NCBI GenBank assembly: GCA_034660555.1
Contig: JAYEJL010000151.1
Coordinates: 1-38,426, forward strand
Length of the DNA stretch: 38,426 nucleotides
Direction of reading: 5' to 3'
DNA from: Thermotogota bacterium
Lineage (GTDB): Bacteria > Thermotogota > Thermotogae > Petrotogales > Kosmotogaceae
Shown here: one piece after another, positions 28,645 through 38,426 of the stretch
How positions within the stretch are numbered: the stretch's first letter is position 1
Layout: every line of letters starts with the position of its first letter
Position numbers and translations under genes: made by a program
The notes under the pieces: model-generated
Databases searched by the model: none
Told to the model about the DNA's origin: nothing
The model's input: the letters and a program-made list of their open reading frames with translations, nothing else

Positions 28645-30459
28645 ATGTATGAAAGAAACCGAATTCGAAATATTGCAATAATAGCTCATATAGATCATGG
28701 AAAGACTACTTTGGTCGACAGAATACTTGAATCGACCCACTCCGTTGAGACACGAAAAATGAAAGAGCAATATCTTGATGCAATGGATCTCGAAAGAGAA
28801 CATGGAATAACCATTAAAGCATCGCCTGTAAAGGTTCTTTATAAGGCAGAGGACGGACTGGAATATGAACTGAATATAATCGATACACCGGGTCATGTTG
28901 ATTTCACATATGAAGTTTCGAGAAGCCTTGCTGCCTGTGAAGGTGCAGTATTGCTGGTAGATGCTTCACAAGGAGTGGAGGCGCAAACCTTTGCCAATAC
29001 ATATTTAGCGCTTGAAAACGAGTTAGAAATAATACCTGTTATCAACAAAATAGATCTGGATGAGGCAAATATCGACGAGACAAAAATGGAGCTTGAAGAT
29101 CTGGTAGGATTCAGTGAGAAGGAATATGTACTCACCAGTGGAAAAACAGGAGAAGGTGTAAAGGAATTACTTGAAACGATCGTGAAAAGAGTTCCATCCC
29201 CCGCTGGTGAACCAAAAAGTAGATTGAAGGCGTTAATTTTTGATGCTAATTACGATAAATATCGAGGAGTTGTAGTTCACACAAGAATCTTCAATGGTTC
29301 TGTAAAGCCCGGAGACAAAATAAAGCTTTCCAGTATTGATGAAGAATTTGAAGTAGACGAAGTTGGTATCTTTTCACCCGATTTACTGGCTGTCGAATCA
29401 CTGGGCGCGGGAGAAGTAGGGTATATTATTGCTGGTATAAAGGATGTGCAGAGAGCAAAAATTGGGGATACCATCACATCGGCAAATGATCCTGTAGAGA
29501 AACCACTTCCCGGATTCAAAGAAGTTAAACCGATGGTTTACGCTGGTTTGTTTCCCGGTATGCCTGAGTATTATGAGGAACTGAGAAAAGCGTTAGACAG
29601 ATTGCGTCTTAACGATGCATCATTTGTTTTCGAACCTGAAAATTCACCTGCTTTAGGTTTTGGGTTCCGCGTAGGTTTTCTTGGTTTGCTTCATATGGAA
29701 ATTGTGAAGGAAAGACTTGAAAGAGAACATGAGATAACATGCATTCTTACCGCTCCAAACGTTGTCTATAGAATCACTTCAAAGGAAAGCAGGTCATATG
29801 AAATTCATAATCCAACAAATTTTCCAGAAGCTGGTGATTTCGAAAAGGCAGAAGAACCTTTTGTTGATTTGTCATTAATAACGCCATCCGAATATATGGG
29901 CAACATTATTAACTTCATGACATCTGAAAAACGCGGTGATTTTAAAAAGGTTGAAAACGCAGGTAGAAACAGAGTCATTTTACATTTCGTTGCACCTCTT
30001 TCTGAAGTAATGTTTGATTTTTTTGATAAAATCAAGGCAATCTCTCACGGCTTTGCCACAATGGATTATGAAATAACCGGTTACAAAGAATCTGATCTTG
30101 TTAAAGTGACAATACTTGTTAATAAGGAACAGGTTGATTCGTTATCCTTTGTTGTACACAAAAGCAAAGAGTATGCTATGGCAAAAAAGATGGTCGAAAG
30201 ATTGAAGGATCTTATTCCCCAACATCAGTTTCAAATTCCCATTCAGGCGAAAGCTGGTGGTAGAATTATTGCAAGGACAGATATTAAAGCACTTAGAAAG
30301 GATGTACTTGCGAAGTGTTATGGCGGGGATATCACAAGAAAAATGAAGTTGCTGGAAAAACAGCGCGAAGGTAAAAAGAAAATGCGTGAGATAGGAAGGG
30401 TAAGAATTCCTCAGACAGCTTTTCTTGCACTACTCAAATCGGATGAACTGGACGAATGA
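28645..30459 (+). CDS. lepA: Translation elongation factor 4
   Basis: IAHIDHGKTT, REHGITIK, DTPGHVDF, NKID, GFLGLLHMEI, KCYGGDITRK. ATG 28645 after GGAGG. Confidence 0.97.
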   Translation: MYERNRIRNIAIIAHIDHGKTTLVDRILESTHSVETRKMKEQYLDAMDLEREHGITIKASPVKVLYKAEDGLEYELNIIDTPGHVDFTYEVSRSLAACEGAVLLVDASQGVEAQTFANTYLALENELEIIPVINKIDLDEANIDETKMELEDLVGFSEKEYVLTSGKTGEGVKELLETIVKRVPSPAGEPKSRLKALIFDANYDKYRGVVVHTRIFNGSVKPGDKIKLSSIDEEFEVDEVGIFSPDLLAVESLGAGEVGYIIAGIKDVQRAKIGDTITSANDPVEKPLPGFKEVKPMVYAGLFPGMPEYYEELRKALDRLRLNDASFVFEPENSPALGFGFRVGFLGLLHMEIVKERLEREHEITCILTAPNVVYRITSKESRSYEIHNPTNFPEAGDFEKAEEPFVDLSLITPSEYMGNIINFMTSEKRGDFKKVENAGRNRVILHFVAPLSEVMFDFFDKIKAISHGFATMDYEITGYKESDLVKVTILVNKEQVDSLSFVVHKSKEYAMAKKMVERLKDLIPQHQFQIPIQAKAGGRIIARTDIKALRKDVLAKCYGGDITRKMKLLEKQREGKKKMREIGRVRIPQTAFLALLKSDELDE

Positions 30460-30475
30460 GAACGGAGGGGACAAA

Positions 30476-33762
<3,287 letters not shown>

Positions 33763-33785
33763 TTTAGCTTCCGGGAGGGTTTTTT

Positions 33786-35120
33786 GTGGCTAATAAAAAA
33801 TATTCCAAGAAATATTGGAGAGAAACCTTTCAGGCTTATCTTTTTTTGTTACCATCATTTATTGTTCTTGGAATCTTTATTTTTTGGCCTATTGGTTTTT
33901 CACTGGTTCTAAGTTTCTTCAAATGGGACTATACCAGTGTTGACCGTTACTTCAATGGTTTGGAGAATTATAAAGAGCTTTTCAGGCTTTCATATCCCAT
34001 TAGCTTGAATTTCATTTACGCGACGGTAAACACAATAGCTTACATTCTCGGCACCATAATATTGGTCAGATTCCTGTATTATATTGCCTCATCATTCACC
34101 AAATACTACAAACCTTCCAGGAAATTTTTATTACCGTACCTCATTACTTTATTTCTTTGGATAACGATGATAATCTCGAAAAATATATGGCCGGAAGAAG
34201 TTTTTTCATGGTATCACTTTATTATTGCTCTCGCTCTTATAGCGATTTCTGGTGGTCTCATTTTTAAGAAAAACAAAGACGAGCATCTCAATATAATGAG
34301 GTCCAGAAGCTGGACTACCCTGATTCTGGTTATACTATTTTTTGTTTTTACTTTTACTATCCTGGTTCCGTCTGGAGACGACCTTGTCACCTATTTTACA
34401 CTTGCAAAAGAAAGTTCTGATTTCATAAAAGCAACTTACAATACCATATATTATGTTTTGCTGGCTGTTCCTTCGCAGATAGCTATTGCACTTGTTGTGG
34501 CATTACTGTTAAATAAAAAGATAAAATTGCGGTCATTGTTTAGAACAGCGTACTTTATACCTTTTGTTACTTCTGTTGTTGCTCTATCCCTTGTATGGCA
34601 ATGGATGTTTAATGACCAGTTTGGATTGATTAATTACTTTCTTTCATGGTTTGGTATTGATAAGATAGCATGGTTGAAAGAGGAACAATGGACAATTCCA
34701 ACAATCGCCATTGTTTCAGTCTGGCAGCATCTGGGATACACAGCGGTAATATTTCTAGCAGGGTTACAGAGTATCGACAGATCATACTACGAAGCAGCAA
34801 GAGTCGATGGAGCAAATAACTGGCAGCAATTTAAGTACATAACCTGGCCTTTGTTATCACCTACGACATTTTTTGTACTAATAATCACTATGATAGGTTC
34901 TTTCAAGGTTTTTTCGCAGATATTCATACTCTATCAGGGTTTTCCAGGACCTGTTAATCAAAGCGGGTTAACGCTTGTGTATTATGTTTTCGAAAAATTC
35001 TACAACGAGCAAAGAATGGGTGTAGCAAGTGCCGGAGCATATATTTTGTTCCTGATTATTCTTGGCCTTACTTTTATCCAATTCAGAATAGGTCGAAAAC
35101 GAATACATTACGAATCTTAG
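33786..35120 (+). CDS. Carbohydrate ABC transporter permease (MalF/UgpA-like) with extra TM insert
   Basis: AYLFLLP, GLENY, FRTAYFIPFVTS, EAA loop YYEAARVDGA..WQQF..ITWPLL. Confidence 0.9.
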   Translation: MANKKYSKKYWRETFQAYLFLLPSFIVLGIFIFWPIGFSLVLSFFKWDYTSVDRYFNGLENYKELFRLSYPISLNFIYATVNTIAYILGTIILVRFLYYIASSFTKYYKPSRKFLLPYLITLFLWITMIISKNIWPEEVFSWYHFIIALALIAISGGLIFKKNKDEHLNIMRSRSWTTLILVILFFVFTFTILVPSGDDLVTYFTLAKESSDFIKATYNTIYYVLLAVPSQIAIALVVALLLNKKIKLRSLFRTAYFIPFVTSVVALSLVWQWMFNDQFGLINYFLSWFGIDKIAWLKEEQWTIPTIAIVSVWQHLGYTAVIFLAGLQSIDRSYYEAARVDGANNWQQFKYITWPLLSPTTFFVLIITMIGSFKVFSQIFILYQGFPGPVNQSGLTLVYYVFEKFYNEQRMGVASAGAYILFLIILGLTFIQFRIGRKRIHYES

Positions 35121-35131
35121 GGTGATTTGAA

Positions 35132-37546
35132 ATGAAGAATTCTACAAAGTCTCTATCTCAAATTTTTATATACCTCTTGATTATTGCTGGAGCCTTTGTA
35201 ATGCTCATACCATTTGCCTGGATGGTCGATACATCCTTTAAAGCGTCAAGCGAAGTGTCAACGTGGCCACCAAAATGGACAACAAAAAACGCAAAGTCAA
35301 AAATTGATTTTCAGCTTCAAATACAATATAGAACGTCAGGTGGCCTTGATTTATCAACCTTGAGTCTCGATCAATTTAAAAACTTTGCCTCGCTTATTGG
35401 TGAAACTACAGGAGCCAATACCCTGGTATTGAAGTTAAATGATGACACCATTAGAAGAGGCACAATAACTATCGGAATACTTCAGGATAGCGATAGTGCT
35501 TCTCCAGATGATTATTCGCTGGACCCTAAGACCAATGAATATCAAGCTATCATAGATAAATATCAAGAATACAAAACAACATTTCCAGAAACATATAAAG
35601 AAAGTCTTGATGTGGAAACGGGTAGCCCTTCTGTGTTTCTCGAAAATTTCTTTGATATTTCTGAGTATAGAAGCGATGCTTTTGCAAGGAGAATCGTGCT
35701 TTCTTCAAGTCTTGAAACATTGTTTTTTAAATCAGGTTCAAGCTTCAAGAATATTGTTGAAAATTCCCTGAGACCTTTCCCTATTGATGACGATGAAACA
35801 AAACAAATAAAGGAAAATCTAAAAAATGAGATAAATGATATTGTTGCCCCATTGCTCAACATACTTTCTCAAAACGCAACTGATATTCGAACTTATAGAA
35901 GAGGTTCAGATGTCCTCATTGAATTGACAGAACTCGATAAGATTATACATATGGTTGAATCAACACTTGAAGAAGCGAAAGATAAAAAAGAAGATATACA
36001 TAAAGCTTTTGATGATATAGTTAGCAGTGATAACAGGCAACTAATGATCGCTTCAAAAAATATTAGTAACGCTTTCGATAATAACATTATCACTCCATTG
36101 CAGGAATGGAGTAATCTTCTGAATTTGTATTATTTTGTAAAAGATTACTACAAAGACATTCAGACTGAGGTTTTGTCATCTGCGTTCGTAAAAGGGAAAA
36201 TACGAACCGATAAAGAAGTTTATCAGGTTTTATTGGATAAGCTTGAAAAGTGGGAATCATCAGAACCAGTTAAACAATACATTAGAAACAATTTAAAACC
36301 AGGTAATGTAAGAAAAGCACAGAATATCTTACTTACATATCTTAATGGTGAGTTCAACAGCGAAATTGAAGAGTACTTTTCAGATTCAAAAGAAACATCC
36401 GAACTGATATCGGACACTATCAATCTTCTAAAAAGTACAGCTTTGATTATAGAGGACTCTGAATTTAATAATAAAATCAGGGATACGATGAGTAATAACC
36501 CAAAATACGACGAGTTCACAAAATTGTTTCAGGAAGCTGGAAACCGTAGTGGACAGAGTGTAGTATTTAGTGCCAATATAAATAAATTGGATAATCTTCT
36601 AAATGTCATCAATGAAAATACCTTAATGAATTTTATTTCCATGAGATGGAAGCAAACAAGCTGGATTGGAACATTTGCAAAAATCCATTCTGATGCACTC
36701 AGCGAACTGGAAATAATAGAAAAACCAGAAGAAATTGAGGCGGTCTACTACCGTGGCAGGAACAACATCGCTGGAACAAAGTCCTTCGAAATTAAGTTTA
36801 AAGATATCGCTGCAGTCTGGTTCAGGGATTCATTTGTTAAAGGGTTCGCAGAGTTCACGTTCCTTGAGACAATGGCAAACCTCTGGCAAAACTATGTTAG
36901 TGCCTGGAACGCTGCCCCTTTCGGCAGATACTATGCCAATACAGTTTTTGTAGCGGTAGTTACTACAATTCTGGAAATTATCTTCGCTTCAATGGCGGCA
37001 TTTGCCTTTGCAAAGATGGATTTTTTTGGCAAGAACTTTATCTTCACCCTGTTTTTAGCTACAATGATGGTACCTGGTGAAGTCCTGCTTGTTCCAAACT
37101 TCATTACGCTAACGGTGTTTGGCTGGATAGATACTTACTACGCTCTCATTGTTCCCTGGGTAATTAGTGTATTTGCCATTTTCTTGATTAGACAGCACTT
37201 CATGACAATTCCAAACGAACTTTACGATGCAGCTAAAATTGATGGTTTATCAAAATGGAAATTTCTGTGGAGGATAATGGTACCGCTATCCAAACCGGCC
37301 ATAATTACAGGTGCACTCTTAAAATTTGTTGGAAGCTGGAACGCTTTCCTTTGGGTACTGATCGTTACAAAAAGTCCAGAATACAGAACATTGCCAGTTG
37401 GTCTACAAAATTTCAGCAGCGCTACTGGGACAGAATATAATTTCTTAATGGCAGCTGCGACATTCTCCATCATTCCTGTAGTTATCTTGTTCTTGGTAAC
37501 TCAGAAGTATTTCATTGCGGGAATCTCCAGGAGTGGGTTGAAATAA
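35132..37546 (+). CDS. Carbohydrate ABC transporter permease (MalG/UgpE-like) with ~530 aa soluble insertion
   Basis: N-terminal LIPFAWM..SFK...PP; C-terminal NY...NT, MAAFAFAK, IPNELYDAAKIDG, WNAFLW, QKYFIAG. Confidence 0.9.
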   Translation: MKNSTKSLSQIFIYLLIIAGAFVMLIPFAWMVDTSFKASSEVSTWPPKWTTKNAKSKIDFQLQIQYRTSGGLDLSTLSLDQFKNFASLIGETTGANTLVLKLNDDTIRRGTITIGILQDSDSASPDDYSLDPKTNEYQAIIDKYQEYKTTFPETYKESLDVETGSPSVFLENFFDISEYRSDAFARRIVLSSSLETLFFKSGSSFKNIVENSLRPFPIDDDETKQIKENLKNEINDIVAPLLNILSQNATDIRTYRRGSDVLIELTELDKIIHMVESTLEEAKDKKEDIHKAFDDIVSSDNRQLMIASKNISNAFDNNIITPLQEWSNLLNLYYFVKDYYKDIQTEVLSSAFVKGKIRTDKEVYQVLLDKLEKWESSEPVKQYIRNNLKPGNVRKAQNILLTYLNGEFNSEIEEYFSDSKETSELISDTINLLKSTALIIEDSEFNNKIRDTMSNNPKYDEFTKLFQEAGNRSGQSVVFSANINKLDNLLNVINENTLMNFISMRWKQTSWIGTFAKIHSDALSELEIIEKPEEIEAVYYRGRNNIAGTKSFEIKFKDIAAVWFRDSFVKGFAEFTFLETMANLWQNYVSAWNAAPFGRYYANTVFVAVVTTILEIIFASMAAFAFAKMDFFGKNFIFTLFLATMMVPGEVLLVPNFITLTVFGWIDTYYALIVPWVISVFAIFLIRQHFMTIPNELYDAAKIDGLSKWKFLWRIMVPLSKPAIITGALLKFVGSWNAFLWVLIVTKSPEYRTLPVGLQNFSSATGTEYNFLMAAATFSIIPVVILFLVTQKYFIAGISRSGLK

Positions 37547-37770
37547 AAAGAAGAAATCAATTCTCAATTGTTTTTACACTTTTTCTCGTATTACTTGTTG
37601 TAATGGTTGCAATAACTTCTTACAGGTCATATTCAAAATATAAAGAAGCTGAAAAAGAACTTGAAAATCTTAAAGAAGATTATGAAAGGCTTGAATCTGA
37701 ACTTGAGAGCAAAGAAGACCAGGTGGAAGAACTGTTAAGATTGCTGGAGGAGCTTGATAAAAAAGAATGA
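37543..37770 (+). CDS. Small bitopic coiled-coil protein (FtsB/FtsL/DivIC-like), not in ORF track
   Basis: Open frame (I/M)KRRNQ-FSIVFTLFLVLLVVMVAITSY-RSYSKYKEAEKELENLKEDYERLESELESKEDQVEELLRLLEELDKKE*. The start codon is uncertain (ATA proposed). Confidence 0.7.
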   Translation: MKRRNQFSIVFTLFLVLLVVMVAITSYRSYSKYKEAEKELENLKEDYERLESELESKEDQVEELLRLLEELDKKE

Positions 37771-38426
37771 AATATGTTCTTACAACTTCGAACAGACCAA
37801 ACAGAGAACTAGAAAATTTAACAAAAAGCTTCTCTAAACAATTTAATATACCGTATAAATCAAGAGATTACGCCAATAAAAAGCTAAGAAATGGTGAATT
37901 AGATTTTATATACACTCTTGATCGTAACCATCAGCTGAAGATTCAGTTTAAGAATTCTTCTTTCTTTTTTCACCCTTCAACAGCAAAGGTAAGACGTAAA
38001 AATATTTTGAATGGACAGAATGACAACCTTCTGGATTGCATGAAACTTAAAGGTAATGAACTGATTCTTGATACCACTTTTGGACTTGGAAGTGAAGCCC
38101 TTTTACTTTCTCATTATCTTGACAAAGGTAAAGTTGTGGGCCTAGAATCATCGATACATATTTTTCGAATTGTGTCACATGGACTGAAATACTATTCCTT
38201 CAAATATAACTGGATTTATGAAGCATCAAAACGCATTGTTTTACTACATAAGAACTTTAAATACTTTATAAGGAATATCGCTTCAAAATCATACGATATT
38301 GTTTACTGTGATCCCATGTTTGAGATTCCTCAGTTCAGATCTGATTCTATCAATCCGCTTCGTTATTTCGCCAACTATGAGCAGTTAACAAGGAAGGATA
38401 TCAATGAATTCATACGGGTTGCCAAA
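37767..38426 (+). CDS. Class I SAM-dependent methyltransferase (RsmJ/YhiQ-like), 3'-truncated by window edge
   Basis: Hand translation MKYVLTTS...FFFHPS...ILDTTFGLGSEA...VVGLESS...YDIVYCDPMF; ATGA overlap with the preceding ORF; SD GGAGG. Confidence 0.82.
   Translation, partial: MKYVLTTSNRPNRELENLTKSFSKQFNIPYKSRDYANKKLRNGELDFIYTLDRNHQLKIQFKNSSFFFHPSTAKVRRKNILNGQNDNLLDCMKLKGNELILDTTFGLGSEALLLSHYLDKGKVVGLESSIHIFRIVSHGLKYYSFKYNWIYEASKRIVLLHKNFKYFIRNIASKSYDIVYCDPMFEIPQFRSDSINPLRYFANYEQLTRKDINEFIRVAK

Noticed and set aside
35132..37546. Assembly artefact, intein or mobile insertion as the cause of the permease insert
   Set aside because: The frame is uninterrupted, composition looks like the flanks, and there are no intein (Cys/Ser...His-Asn), LAGLIDADG or transposase signatures.

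Overview
AT-rich, gene-dense core-chromosome segment with about 40 CDS, most consistent with a Thermotogota bacterium. That assignment is an inference from gene content: stand-alone PduL, a COG1031-type radical SAM-HhH protein, the rpmH operon uncoupled from dnaA, class 1B SpeD and YidC with a large periplasmic domain. The window holds, in order: (i) a DEDDh exonuclease-PIN/PhoH-small protein-tandem YqeG-yqeH-pduL-DUF72-Smg-like operon; (ii) glgP, an S1 protein and rpmE; (iii) an NYN nuclease coupled to queA; (iv) a radical SAM-asparaginase-AI-2E operon divergent from clpX-tsaD; (v) rpmH-rnpA-yidD-yidC-jag-cupin-zinc ribbon, divergent from recN-HEAT-murB-hflKC-yigZ; (vi) speD-speE; (vii) lepA-nfo-pyrG-folP, two heavily modified carbohydrate-ABC permeases, an FtsB/FtsL-like small protein and a truncated SAM methyltransferase. 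Three genes missing from the ORF track were recovered: rpmH, the FtsB/FtsL-like ORF (apparent ATA start) and the methyltransferase. I saw no CRISPR array, mobile element, rRNA or tRNA. The best novelty candidates are the ABC permease pair with large insertions and no adjacent binding protein or ATPase, the double-domain YqeG, the NYN-queA coupling and the radical SAM operon with an upstream palindrome. All family assignments rest on motifs recognised by eye; no searches were run.
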